The notes beneath the pieces are model-generated. The model made no database searches. It saw only the letters and a program-made list of their open reading frames with translations, and had not been told where the DNA came from. Positions 7,970 to 18,205 of a stretch of 64,000 nt of DNA are shown one piece after another (the first letter of the stretch is position 1; every line of letters starts with the position of its first letter). The DNA comes from a bacterium (lineage in GTDB: Bacteria > UBA8248): NCBI GenBank assembly GCA_965219955.1, contig OZ244799.1, positions 2,016,001 to 2,080,000 on the forward strand, read 5' to 3'. The translations under genes were made by a program, and so were the position numbers.

Positions 7970-9964
7970 ATGGCCAGTCAAGGCGTAAATTTTCCTCCCA
8001 GGGGATTCGTCGGCTATCTCATCGCGCTGGTTGCGATCGGCATGTCCCTCACCGAGGTCTATCTCGCCGTTACGGGCGGGATGGATGCGATTTTCGAGCG
8101 GCCGATGTTTTATCTGGCCGCCGCCGCCATCATCTTTCTCACTCCTCCATCTGAAAAAGCCGGTGTCTTGCCGCCGGGGTGGCGCAAGGCGTTTGTCGCC
8201 TTTCTGGGCGTCCTGGCGGTGGTGTCCGTCATGTGGCTGCTCTGGGAGTTCGACCGGCTGCTCGAACGCACCCGGTATATAGACGATGTCCTGCTCCCGG
8301 ATATCGTTTTTGGGGTCGTCTGCATCGTTTTGGTTCTCGAGGCCACGCGCAGGGCGATCAATCTGACCCTGCCTTTGATTGCGCTTTTCTTCCTTGTCTA
8401 CACCTACTTCGGCCCCTGGATGCCGTGGGAGTTCAAGCACGGCGGCATCGGGTTCCTGGACATCATCGATCATTTCTACATGACCGACGGGGGCCTTTGG
8501 TCCGCCCCGATGTACGTTTTCGTCAATTACATGTTCCTGTTCATCCTGTTCGGGGCCGTGCTCGATGCTTCGGGCGCCGGGAAGATATACATCGACTTCG
8601 CGTTCCTGCTGACCGGCAGAATGCGGGGCGGGCCCGCCAAGGCGGCCGTGGTGGCCAGCGCCCTCTCGGGAACCATATCGGGAAGCGCCACCGCCAACAT
8701 CGTCACCACGGGAACCTTCACCATCCCCTTGATGAAAAAAATGGGGTACCGCCCCCACGTGGCGGGAGCGGTCGAGACGGCGGCTTCCACCGGAGGCCAG
8801 ATCATGCCTCCCATCATGGGAACGGCGGCGTTTCTGCTGGCCGAATTCACCGGGACTTCCTATTTCACTATCATCAAGATTTCGGTGATTCCGGCGCTGC
8901 TCTATTTCATGTCCGTTTTCGTGTTCGTGCATCTCGAGGCGGCCAAGAACGACATCCGGGGCCTGAGTTGGGAGGATCTTCCCAACATCCTGAATACGAT
9001 AGGTCGCGCATTCGTTTTTCTCATCCCGCCGGCCGTCCTGATTTATTTCATGGTGGTCGGGAGATCGGTCCAATATGCGGGCGTATCCGGAATCATCGCC
9101 ACGATTGTTTCAATGACATTGCTGGGAATGGTCGACTATCTCTACCAGGGATGGCGGGAACGAAGTTTTTCCGCGAGGCGCGCCCTCGATTATCTGACAA
9201 GCGGAGCGGGCAAACTCGTCCGGGCGCTGGTTCGAGGAGCGCAGCAGTGCGCCCCGATAGCCGCCGCATGCGCGACTGCGGGCATCATCATCGGAGCGAC
9301 GACGATTACGGGGCTGGGGCTCAAGTTCTCCTCCATCGTCGTTTCAGCCTCGGGGGGAAGTCTCTTTCTCGGAATCATTCTGGTCGGCGTGGCCTCCTTC
9401 GTTCTGGGGATGGGGCTTCCGAGCAGTTCCGCCTACATCGTTCTGGCGACGATGGCCGCGCCCGCTCTCATCGAGCTGGGCGGCATGAGCGCCGTCACGG
9501 CTCACATGATCATCTTCTGGTTCAGCCTGGATAGCTGTTACACGCCTCCCGTTTGCATTCCTGCCTACACCGCCGCCGCCATCGCCGAGGCGGACCCGAT
9601 GAAGACCGGCTGGACTTCCTTCAGGGCGGCGAAAGGCCTCTATGTGATCCCGTTTCTTTTCGCCTATTCCCCCGCCATTCTGTTGAACGGCAGTGTGGTT
9701 GAAATCATCCTGGTTACCTTGACGACCGGCATCGCGCTCGTCGCCGGAACGGCCGGCCTGAGTGGCTATCTGATCGGGAGGACAACCTGGGCCGAGAGAG
9801 GCGGCCTTCTCCTGGGGGGATTCATGATGCTATGGCCCACGCTTGCTTCTCAAGGGGCAGGATTCGTCTTGTTGACGATTCTCGTGATTTTCCAGGTCAC
9901 GCGCCACGGAGGCTGGTTTTTTCGAAAAGAACTCATCGAGGAAAGCCTCCCGAAAAGCGGATAA
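7970..9964 (+). CDS. TRAP transporter fused 4TM/12TM permease
   Basis: GGPAKAAVVAS, SGSATAN, ETAASTGGQIMPPIMG and GMGLPSSSAY motifs. Confidence 0.93.
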   Translation: MASQGVNFPPRGFVGYLIALVAIGMSLTEVYLAVTGGMDAIFERPMFYLAAAAIIFLTPPSEKAGVLPPGWRKAFVAFLGVLAVVSVMWLLWEFDRLLERTRYIDDVLLPDIVFGVVCIVLVLEATRRAINLTLPLIALFFLVYTYFGPWMPWEFKHGGIGFLDIIDHFYMTDGGLWSAPMYVFVNYMFLFILFGAVLDASGAGKIYIDFAFLLTGRMRGGPAKAAVVASALSGTISGSATANIVTTGTFTIPLMKKMGYRPHVAGAVETAASTGGQIMPPIMGTAAFLLAEFTGTSYFTIIKISVIPALLYFMSVFVFVHLEAAKNDIRGLSWEDLPNILNTIGRAFVFLIPPAVLIYFMVVGRSVQYAGVSGIIATIVSMTLLGMVDYLYQGWRERSFSARRALDYLTSGAGKLVRALVRGAQQCAPIAAACATAGIIIGATTITGLGLKFSSIVVSASGGSLFLGIILVGVASFVLGMGLPSSSAYIVLATMAAPALIELGGMSAVTAHMIIFWFSLDSCYTPPVCIPAYTAAAIAEADPMKTGWTSFRAAKGLYVIPFLFAYSPAILLNGSVVEIILVTLTTGIALVAGTAGLSGYLIGRTTWAERGGLLLGGFMMLWPTLASQGAGFVLLTILVIFQVTRHGGWFFRKELIEESLPKSG

Positions 9965-10024
9965 ATCTCGAGGGCCCAAAAGGCCCCGAGCGTCTCGAAA
10001 GCTTCCGGGCCGCTGATTTCCGCT

Positions 10025-12061
10025 TCAAGCGGAATGCGTCGATTGCGGGCTCATCCCCTCGGTGATTTCACGCACCCTGGCCTTAAGCCAGGATTCATCG
10101 ATCGGCTCCGCTCCCGACCGGTTCCCCTCCACGGCTCTCATCGCCTCGAAGCGTACGTGCTGCCGTATGGCGGGGGGGATGCCCTCCGTGGCCCGGTTGA
10201 CGGCCAGTTGCAACTCATCCGGCCAGAGCCGCTCGAACGCCTCCCGGGCGGCCCCGAACGTAAACGGAGCAGGCGGCGATGCGCCGTCATGCCCATCGGC
10301 AAGCAGCCGCCTGCGCTCGGCGGTTTCTCTTTCCAGGATTCGGCCGTCCCGGATGATCACGCCGTAGACCTCGCCGGCGCTCTCAGGCGTCACCAGCCCG
10401 TCCTCGACGTCGCGCAGCACCAGCGCGGGGTCGCGCTCCCGGGGCGGGCCGAACCCGCCTCCGCCGGCCGAGTGGGCGTGCACGACGCCGCCCGCCGGAA
10501 CATCGAGCACGTTTATCTTCGCAATCGGCTCGGGCTCCTCGCCCGGGGCTTGCAGGAACGCGCGTCCCGCCTCGCCCGGCCGGCCGTCTTCCCTGCCCCA
10601 GGGCTGAAAATGAAACCGCTCCATCCCCCGGGCCGTCACCACCCCGCCGGGCACGAGAAGCCTGAGAGAATAGTTCAGGCCGCACCCGCCGCGCAGGCGG
10701 CCCGCACCCCCGGAATCGGGGATGAGCGCGTAGCTCTCGACCAGGACGGGCATCTCCGATTCCAGCACCTCGTTGGGGATGTTCCGGTAGAAGCCCGTGG
10801 TGAAATCGACGCCTTCGGTGCCGTCGTCGAAGGGCCGCGCTCCCGACCCGCCCACGAGAGGCTGGACGGTGCTCACCAGGTTCGTCCCGGTGGTGAAGTC
10901 CGGCGCCGACACCAGCATGATGGAGCCCTGGCCGCAGCCCGCGGCCGGCATCCGCTCCCTCCAGGCGTGCGCCAGGGCGCCGAGAACGATATCGGCCACC
11001 TTGAAAAACGTGGCCTGCCGGGCTCCGCAGGGCGCCCCGGGTTCGGGATTGAGGAGGGACCCCCGTGGCGCGTTCACTCGTACGGCCCGGACAAGACCCG
11101 AGTTGTACACCGTGTCCGGCTTGACGCTCCGCATGAAGTTGACCACGCCCATGACCAGGAGGTAGTGGCCGTCCGTGCTGTAGGAGGGGATGTTGAACGC
11201 CGCCGCCACCTGCGGGTCCGTGCCCTCGAAGTCGAGGAGCATCTCATCCCCCTGGATCCTCAGCGTGAGGCGGATCCGGACGTGGCGGCCCTCGGGCATC
11301 AGATCCCCCTCGAGGTAGTCCCAGAACGCGTAGTCTCCGTCGGGAACCTCCCGTATCAGGGAGCGGGCCTGGGCTTCGGCGTAATCCAGAACGTCGTCGA
11401 GCGCCGTCCTCAAGAGGTCCCCGCCGAACTTCGCGGCCAGGCCCGTCACGCGCAATTCCGCGCGCTTGAGCGCTCCGAGCATCGCCAGCACGTCGCCCCG
11501 GTTCTTGTCCGGAACGCGGCAGTTCCGCAGGAAGATCCGCAAAACGTCTTCCCGCATCTCGTCTTCGGCGACGAGCCGGGTTACCGGAATGACCACGCCT
11601 TCCTGATGCTGGTCGACGGCGGAGGGCGCGATGGACCCGGGCGCGAGCCCGCCCACGTCCGTGCAATGGATGAAGGCGGCCGCGAAGCAGACGAGTTCAC
11701 CATCGTGGTAGATGGGACGCCAGCAGAAGACATCGAGCAGGTGGGTGACCAGGCCCCTGCTTTGCTCGGGATCGTTGGTGAACCAGACGTCGCCGGGCCG
11801 GTATGGCCCGCCGGCGTCGAATACGGCCTGAAAGTTCTGGCCGACCCCTATCCAGAGCCCGATATCCACGGAGCAGGCCGCCACTTCACCCCTGGGCGTC
11901 ACCAGGGCGACGATGAAATCCTGCGTTTCCTTGACGAAGACGGTATGCCCGCAGTGGGTCAGCAGTTCACCCATCTCCTCCACGACCCCCTGAAACTGGC
12001 ACCGGAGTATTTCGAAGAGAACCGGGTCGGACCTGGTTTTGGGCGTAAAAGTTTCGCTCAT
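10025..12061 (-). CDS. Hydantoinase B / oxoprolinase family subunit
   Basis: NDP...HLLD, HCTDVGG, DSGGAG..RGG and GGGGFGPP motifs. Confidence 0.92.
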   Translation of the reverse strand: MSETFTPKTRSDPVLFEILRCQFQGVVEEMGELLTHCGHTVFVKETQDFIVALVTPRGEVAACSVDIGLWIGVGQNFQAVFDAGGPYRPGDVWFTNDPEQSRGLVTHLLDVFCWRPIYHDGELVCFAAAFIHCTDVGGLAPGSIAPSAVDQHQEGVVIPVTRLVAEDEMREDVLRIFLRNCRVPDKNRGDVLAMLGALKRAELRVTGLAAKFGGDLLRTALDDVLDYAEAQARSLIREVPDGDYAFWDYLEGDLMPEGRHVRIRLTLRIQGDEMLLDFEGTDPQVAAAFNIPSYSTDGHYLLVMGVVNFMRSVKPDTVYNSGLVRAVRVNAPRGSLLNPEPGAPCGARQATFFKVADIVLGALAHAWRERMPAAGCGQGSIMLVSAPDFTTGTNLVSTVQPLVGGSGARPFDDGTEGVDFTTGFYRNIPNEVLESEMPVLVESYALIPDSGGAGRLRGGCGLNYSLRLLVPGGVVTARGMERFHFQPWGREDGRPGEAGRAFLQAPGEEPEPIAKINVLDVPAGGVVHAHSAGGGGFGPPRERDPALVLRDVEDGLVTPESAGEVYGVIIRDGRILERETAERRRLLADGHDGASPPAPFTFGAAREAFERLWPDELQLAVNRATEGIPPAIRQHVRFEAMRAVEGNRSGAEPIDESWLKARVREITEGMSPQSTHSA

Positions 12062-14079
12062 CCGGCCGCCTCCGCGTGAAGATTACCCGCCGCGTCGGCC
12101 CGGAAAACGAACCCGGGCGTGACGAAAACGGTCGTGTCGTACTGAAGAAGCACGGCAGGCCCGGAGAGCCGAAGGCCGACGGGAATTTGCGCTCTTTGGT
12201 AGACGGGAACCGCGAGCCGCCTCCCCTGATGCGTCACCTCGCGCGTCTCCACGGGTTCGGGCCGGTCCGACTCCCCGGGCATTGGGGAAGAGGCAGCGTC
12301 GACCATCCGGTTCGGCACCCTGGCGAGCATCCGGATTTGGAGCACCTCGATCCCGCTCTCGGGGTCGAGGTATCCGAAGGTCTCTTCATATCTGCGGTGG
12401 AAGGTTTCCTGGTAATCCCCGTTCCCGGTCAACCCCACCATGATCTCGAAGGATTGCCCCTTGTAGCGCATATCCGCACTCCGCTCGAACTCCGCCGACC
12501 CGGGTTCCAATCCCTGTTCGGCGAGCCACCTCCGGGCGGTTTCCTCCATCTCCGAGAACATCCCTTCCATCCCCTTCTCATCCAGCAAGTCGGTGCGGAC
12601 GCTGCGCACAAAATCCATCTGGACGTCCGCCACGGCCGCTCCCACCGCGCACATCGCGCCCGGCGCAGGGGGGATGACGATCTTCCGGATGCCGGCTTCC
12701 GCCGCCAGCAGGAAGGCATGGGTGGGCCCGGCGCCCCCGAAGGCCTGAAGGCTGAATTCGCGGTGGTCGACCCCGTAGCGCGCGATCATCGGCAGAAACG
12801 AGGCGACCATGTTCGCCGTCGCGACCCGCAGGACGGCTTCGGCCGCCTGGATCGTCTCCATCCCCAGGGCTTCGCCCAGGGAGCCTATGGCATCTTCCGC
12901 TCGCGCGCGGGAAAGCGTCATCCGGCCGCCGAGCAGGTCGTTCTCGCCCAGTATGCCCGTTACGAGGTAGGCGTCCGTGACGGTCGGCTCCCGGCCGCCG
13001 CGGCCGTAGCACGCAGGTCCGGGAACGGCCCCCGCCGAGCGCGGGCCCACCTTCAGCACTCCGTGCGGGTCGACCCACGCGATCGATCCGCCCCCAGCAC
13101 CAATGGTCTCGATGGCGACGGCGGGAAGGAAAAGCGGAAAATCCCCGATCGTGCTCTCCACGCTGACGCGGGGCCGGCCGTCGATGAGGGACATGTCCGC
13201 GCTGGTCCCTCCCATATCCAGGGTGAAGAGTTTCGCCTCGCCGTATTCACGCGCGGACTTGGCCGCCGCCATCACTCCCGAAGCAGGCCCCGAGAACATC
13301 GTGCGCACGGGTATCCGCGCCGCCTCATGGATGGAGACCGTCCCGCCGTTGGACTGGGTGATCTGAACCGGACAGCCGACGCCCATCGCCCGCAGGCCCT
13401 CCTCCAGCTTCCCGTAATAGGAGCGCATGGTGGCCCCGACGTAGGCGTTCATCACGCAGACGAGCGTCCGCTCGTATTCGCGCTGCTGGGGCCACGTCTC
13501 CCACGACGCGCAGACGAAGAGATCGGGCCATCGCCCGGCGATGACCGCCTGCGCCGCTTGCTCATGAACCGGATTGATATAGGTATGCAGAAAGCTGACC
13601 GCCACGGCCGTGACGCCGGCGCCAAGGAGTTCCTCGACCCCCTGCAGGACGGAATCCGTATCCAACGGGCGCAGGACGGTCCCGTCCGCGCCGACGCGCT
13701 CCCTCACCTCCCGGACGTGGGCCCGGCGGACGAGCGGCACGGGTCTTGCCGCCTCGAAGCTGGGCGCATCGGGAAGCCGGGTCCGGCGGATCTCCAGGAC
13801 GTCGCGGAATCCCTGCGTGACCAGGAGGCCTGTCGGCTCTCCTGAGCGCTGAATGATGGTGTTGACCGCAAGCGTGGAGCCCGCGCCGAAGTAGACGACG
13901 TCCCTGGGATCGAGGCCTTCGCCCCGCAGTCCTTCCCGCACCCCTTCCAGCACGCCGGAAACCGGCTCGCCGACAGACGTGGGCACCTTGTAGACGCCCG
14001 TCCGGCCCGTGGATTCCTCCACCAGGGCCACGTCCGTAAAGGTGCCTCCGACGTCCACGCCGATTCGCCAGCCGCTCAA
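12058..14079 (-). CDS. Hydantoinase A / oxoprolinase family subunit
   Basis: DVGGTFTD, SGPASG, DMGGTSAD, GAGGGS, PGPACYGRGG and FGGAG motifs; 4-bp overlap with subunit B. Confidence 0.93.
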   Translation of the reverse strand: MSGWRIGVDVGGTFTDVALVEESTGRTGVYKVPTSVGEPVSGVLEGVREGLRGEGLDPRDVVYFGAGSTLAVNTIIQRSGEPTGLLVTQGFRDVLEIRRTRLPDAPSFEAARPVPLVRRAHVREVRERVGADGTVLRPLDTDSVLQGVEELLGAGVTAVAVSFLHTYINPVHEQAAQAVIAGRWPDLFVCASWETWPQQREYERTLVCVMNAYVGATMRSYYGKLEEGLRAMGVGCPVQITQSNGGTVSIHEAARIPVRTMFSGPASGVMAAAKSAREYGEAKLFTLDMGGTSADMSLIDGRPRVSVESTIGDFPLFLPAVAIETIGAGGGSIAWVDPHGVLKVGPRSAGAVPGPACYGRGGREPTVTDAYLVTGILGENDLLGGRMTLSRARAEDAIGSLGEALGMETIQAAEAVLRVATANMVASFLPMIARYGVDHREFSLQAFGGAGPTHAFLLAAEAGIRKIVIPPAPGAMCAVGAAVADVQMDFVRSVRTDLLDEKGMEGMFSEMEETARRWLAEQGLEPGSAEFERSADMRYKGQSFEIMVGLTGNGDYQETFHRRYEETFGYLDPESGIEVLQIRMLARVPNRMVDAASSPMPGESDRPEPVETREVTHQGRRLAVPVYQRAQIPVGLRLSGPAVLLQYDTTVFVTPGFVFRADAAGNLHAEAAG

Positions 14080-14475
14080 TGGCGCCTCCTGCTTTCACTA
14101 TTGCCTAGAACTTGCCAGATGAAAAAGCAGTATATTCCATGCACGAGGCGGGAGAAACCGTGGTCCTAGGGCGAGCGCCTGATGTTTATGCGAGAGGTTC
14201 TGTCCGGGTAAGAGCAACATGGCATTGGGATAGCTGAAAGATAAGAGAATGAAGCCGGCCCGATTGCGCCACGATTTTAAGCTGCAAGAATTTATCCCCC
14301 ACAAACACATTCTTGCAACGTAATGCAATCCAGCTTTTTCAGTGTTTCAACATATTTCAGCATTTCCTGAAAATACCCATTAGAGTGAAATACGCGGTTG
14401 AATCCGGGGTGATCACGCCACGATTTCTTAGCCGCAGGAAACACTCCCCCATCGGTCGGCAATCTCTCCCTGATC

Positions 14476-14954
14476 GGGATTGTTGAAAAAGCCCCGCATG
14501 CGTCCCCTGGAAACCGCCAACGCTTCTTTCCTCACCCTGAGTAGCCGCCGAAGGTAAAACGCGACTGAGAAAGGAGCGTTTGTATCGAAGGGCGAGGGGC
14601 TCGCATCGGAACGAGAGCAACCGCTCATTCATCAATCGCGTTTGACCTTCGATACGCGGCTCCGCCGCTACTCAGGATGAGGCGGTGCGGTTTTGTTTCG
14701 TCATTCCGGCGAAAGCCGGAATCCATTTTGACTTTTCACCGGGCGGGGCGGCCACGGCCTTGTTGATACGCGGCGTCCGGATGCGGAATTGAGAAAATAC
14801 GCTTTCTTTTATGTGTTCGATTCCGATCTTCGCCGCCCGGGAGTAAAGACGTCCGAGCGAGTAGGTGAAAAAACGAAGGCGAAAATGGATTCCGGCTTTC
14901 GCCGGAATGACGGCGGTGGCCAATTCTGCACGGGAGAGCTTTTTCAACAGTCCC
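14476..14954. mobile_element. Composite MITE-like element with 5-bp target duplication TGATC
   Basis: Ends gggattgttgaaaaagc / gctttttcaacagtccc; TGATC at 14471-14475 and 14955-14959; contains a CTCACCCTGAGTAG-type element (about 14531-14681) and a GTCATT element (14700-14911). Confidence 0.8.
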
Positions 14955-14973
14955 TGATCGGTCGAGATTGACC

Positions 14974-15072
14974 TCAAATCGCCTTCAGCCTCCCCCCGTC
15001 GACGGCGAACACGCCGCCGGAGATGTAGCTCGCCTCGGACGAGGCGAGAAACGCGAACATCGCACCGAATTC
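14974..15072 (-). pseudogene. 3' remnant of a short-chain dehydrogenase (SDR) gene
   Basis: Manual translation EFGAMFAFLASSEASYISGGVFAVDGGRLKAI* is a typical SDR C-terminus; no SDR body upstream. Confidence 0.75.
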
Positions 15073-15361
15073 CGCTGAATGATGCGGCAGTAAATTTCAT
15101 GCCCAGCCCGTGAGAAACATGAGGCGCTCTCGTTTCAGGAGGCGGTATCGAAGAGCGTGTGGGTGGGCGAAATATTTTGCTGATTCATTTCTTCATGACA
15201 ACTCTATGAACGATAAGGACGATGAACGAAGCGATTACCTCTCAAATTGCCAGCTCATTCATACTCTGTTAGTTTTCTACTACCCAACTCACCCAGATTA
15301 TTTTCATCGAAATTTGTCTTCGCCTGCGGACTATGTTGATAACTGCAATCTTGAGGTTTTC

Positions 15362-15856
15362 ATGGAATCTCCAGCGAGCACCAATTACCTGAAAACCGCC
15401 GAAAAGAATATGCTTGACGGCAATTATGGAACTGCGATTGAAAACCTGACCAAGGAAATCGCGCGCGACCCCGAGTCGCTGATAGCCTACCGAAACCGGG
15501 GCGTGGCGAAAGGCATTCTGGGAGAATACGAGGCGGCCATGGAAGACCTCGATAAGGCGCTGCGGATAGATGCGAAAGACGTATACGCCTACTTCAACAG
15601 AGGCAACGTCAAAAAGGATATGGGACGCTACGAAGAAGCGATGGCCGACTACAACAAAGCGCGGCAAATAGATGAGAAATTTGCGCAGCCGCATTTTGGA
15701 TTGGGGGAGGTAAAATTAAAAACAGGCAAAGCCGATGAAGCCTTTGAGCATTTCATCGAAGCCGTGCATCTGGCGAAGAATTCCAACAACCGGAAATTCG
15801 TAGACCTCGCGCAGGAAAGAATAAAAGAGGTGATCCAATACAAAAAAGCTTCATGA
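15362..15856 (+). CDS. Tetratricopeptide repeat protein
   Basis: AYRNRGVAK..LGEYEAAMEDLDKAL and AYFNRGNVK..MGRYEEAMADYNKA repeats; ATG after GAGG. Confidence 0.88.
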   Translation: MESPASTNYLKTAEKNMLDGNYGTAIENLTKEIARDPESLIAYRNRGVAKGILGEYEAAMEDLDKALRIDAKDVYAYFNRGNVKKDMGRYEEAMADYNKARQIDEKFAQPHFGLGEVKLKTGKADEAFEHFIEAVHLAKNSNNRKFVDLAQERIKEVIQYKKAS

Positions 15857-15939
15857 CGTCCGGATGAAGCTGCTTACTCCCTTCCGCCGCGCGATTCTCG
15901 ACGCAATGGCCAAGGAAAAGTTCCCCTTGTGAATGAAAA

Positions 15940-16154
15940 ATGATGCTCAAATACGCGATCATTCTCTACTGGAGAGCGCGGACGACGCTTTCGTGGCCGA
16001 AGTTCCGGAGCTTCCCGGCTGCGCCGCGCACGGCCACTCACAGGAAAACGCTCTCAAGAACATCAACCAGGCGATTGCTATCTGGATTGATACGGCGAAA
16101 GAAGCCGGCGACCGGATACCCGAACCCGAGGGCGAGCGCCTGATGCTGGCGTAA
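15940..16154 (+). pseudogene. hicB: Frameshifted HicB-family antitoxin
   Basis: MLKYAIILYW in one frame continues as SADDAFVAEVPELPGCAAHGHSQENALKN...IPEP in another; extra AG in tggagagcgcg near 15973. Confidence 0.75.
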
Positions 16155-16213
16155 GGGGTTCCGGCACGATAAAAGAACGCGTCAATCGGAGAACAGAAAC
16201 AGGCTCGCCGCAC

Positions 16214-16638
16214 CGTCATTCCGGCGCACGCCGGAATCCAGGGCCGAGCGGAATGGCAATACTCCGGTTTTTCATCATCTCGTCATTGGCGGGAATCAAT
16301 CAGAAAATAAAACAAAGCAAAACAAATGGATTCCGTCGAATCCTCCCGCATTGGTCGGCTCCGACGCCGGAATGACGAACAAAGCCGCACCGCCTCGCAG
16401 TGACACGGTTCCTCCCTCTTCGGTCGGAATCGACCCCTTGGGGCTGCCCCGCAGGTTGCGACTTCTGACAGGCACGGGGCCTGTCTTTACGCAAGGATTG
16501 TGTCTTTGCAGGGGAGAACCTGCGTGTTCTCCCGTTTTTTTGTGCCCGCGTCCGGTTGACCGGGCGGACACACCGGTTCGCCCCTACGGGAAACGAGGTA
16601 TTCACATTCACCCCTTGAGGACTTTTTCAACAGCCCCT
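16214..16638. repeat. Degenerate cluster of GTCATT, GTAG-REP and GTTGAA-end repeats
   Basis: gtcattccggcgcacgccggaatcca near 16215, gccggaatgac near 16366, REP hairpins 16509-16588, gactttttcaacagcccc near 16620. Confidence 0.65.
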
Positions 16639-16691
16639 TCCTCAAGGTGGGAGTGTTAATGCCACATATGCCGTCCCGCGAGGTGCGGCGG

Positions 16692-16860
16692 CTACATCAT
16701 ACCCTCGGCCTTCAAGGCATTTCTCAGCGGAGCCAAGTCGAAGCCGTCCCCGTCCCGGTAGGTGCGCGTGCGCGGGAGCTTCTTCTCCTTCTTCAGGACC
16801 TTCGCCACGCCGACCAGCCACTTGCGGGCGGGGGCGTTTTCGGGAGAGCATCGAGAGCGG
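16692..16860 (-). pseudogene. Probable 3' gene fragment of unknown parent
   Basis: Protein-like stretch ENAPARKWLVGVAKVLKKEKKLPRTRTYRDGDGFDLAPLRNALKAEGMM* with GC-rich coding bias and no convincing start. Confidence 0.4.
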
Positions 16861-17182
16861 ACCAAGGGGACGGACGATGAGGCGAAGCGGCGATGATTTG
16901 AGGATTTCGAACAGGGCATCCCGAGCGAAGTTCGCAGTCGCAAAGATGCCGCCCGGAATTTCTGAAAAATTAGATAAAATCAGATAAATTCACGGGGTTT
17001 TTCGATAATTTGACGATGAATTTTTCCTGGGAAATGGCGCCGCGGAATCCGGGCGCAGGGGAATTCTGCCATGGCCCGCGCCTTTCGCGATGACAGCAAA
17101 TGCGGGGAGTTGCGGGGGGGGGTGGATGCACTTGTAGTGAAACATACGATAATCAGCATAACTATCTGAAAAGGAGAGCGTT

Positions 17183-17545
17183 TTGGACTGGATAGGGGCG
17201 GGACTTCTGGTATTGGGCGCTATCGTGGGCACCTTGAACGCAGCCACCGGCGTGGGCTGGGGCATCATCGTGGTGCCGACGCTGTTCCTCATCCCCTCGC
17301 TCACGCCCCAGCAGGCGGTGGCGGTCTCGATTCTCGCCTACCTGTTCAACTCGCTGGTCGCCTCGTTCGAGAACGTGCGAGGCGGGCTAATTGTCTGGAA
17401 TTACGCGGTTTACCTGAGCATCGGCGCGGTCGTGGGCGGCGTAGTGGGTGCGCATCTGCTCCAGACCTTCTCGGCCCTCACGCTCAAGAGAATCGTGGGC
17501 GTGGCGGTGATAGCAGCGGGCGCGCAACTGCTCATCAACCGCTGA
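17183..17545 (+). CDS. Half-size TauE/SafE (sulfite exporter/TSUP) family membrane protein
   Basis: TTG start after AGGAG; GVGWGIIVVPTL...PQQAVAVS...GGVVGA; about 4 TM segments. Confidence 0.8.
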   Translation: MDWIGAGLLVLGAIVGTLNAATGVGWGIIVVPTLFLIPSLTPQQAVAVSILAYLFNSLVASFENVRGGLIVWNYAVYLSIGAVVGGVVGAHLLQTFSALTLKRIVGVAVIAAGAQLLINR

Positions 17546-17822
17546 AACAAAACCCCCCGCTCCGGCGAGGGGTTTGATACCGCTTGCGCCTCATGAACTC
17601 ACGACTGCCCTGATAGAACAGATAAAATACGCGAAATCAAAGGATTACGGGATTTACCTCATATGATTCATCGATCGGCTATCCCAGCAGCTTCCTCTTC
17701 ATCCACATGAAAACCCGCGCCACGGCGGAGAACAACCCGACGGCTCAGGTGGGGCAGGCGTGTTGCTCGGGCGGCATTTCGTGCTTTTCATCCACCGGCT
17801 TCGGCGTGCGGGTCTCCAAGGT

Positions 17823-18176
17823 TCAGCCCTCTCTTTCTTCTGAGCTTCCGGCGCGCTCGGGAGCGATTTCGTAAAGATAATCAAACGAATAGATGCCAGC
17901 CCCGCACCCGCCCCGCCAGATGAAGTTGATGGCGTAGCGCCCCACCATCTCGACGTTCTCAAGCTCAGTCGGCCCACTCGGCCCCGAGAGAACGGTGAGG
18001 GGGTTTTTCTCGCGCGCCTTGCGCTCCTCCTTGCAATTCGCGCACGGGCAAAGGGCTGCGAGATAATCGAATCCGTAGGCGCTCTTCTCTCCGCTCGCCC
18101 ACTCGACGCGAAACTCGCGGGCGGGCTTGTCCACCGTGAGATCGACGGGATGGGCCTTGTCGTCCAGTCCGCTCAT
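17823..18176 (-). CDS. DUF971 / GBBH-like N-terminal domain protein
   Basis: LCPCANC, VGRYAI..W and GIYSFDYL motifs. Confidence 0.85.
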   Translation of the reverse strand: MSGLDDKAHPVDLTVDKPAREFRVEWASGEKSAYGFDYLAALCPCANCKEERKAREKNPLTVLSGPSGPTELENVEMVGRYAINFIWRGGCGAGIYSFDYLYEIAPERAGSSEEREG

Positions 18177-18205
18177 AAGCCGGTAACCTTTTGTTGTATT
18201 GGCGA

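Noticed and set aside
10034-13845. Long plus-strand ORFs opposite the hydantoinase genes (likewise 52886-55210 and 59163-60680)
   Set aside because: Antisense shadows of high-GC genes with no recognisable motifs.
15110-15361. N-terminal extension of the TPR ORF (also the track's extended starts for priA, SDR 58282, RidA, STAS, GPP34 and the TPP enzyme)
   Set aside because: The extensions overlap other features or lack an RBS; downstream starts fit the family N-termini better.
5952-17545. Sec read-through at other TGA stops (6357-6359, 17543-17545)
   Set aside because: The TGA is not at a conserved Cys position and there is no homologous in-frame continuation.
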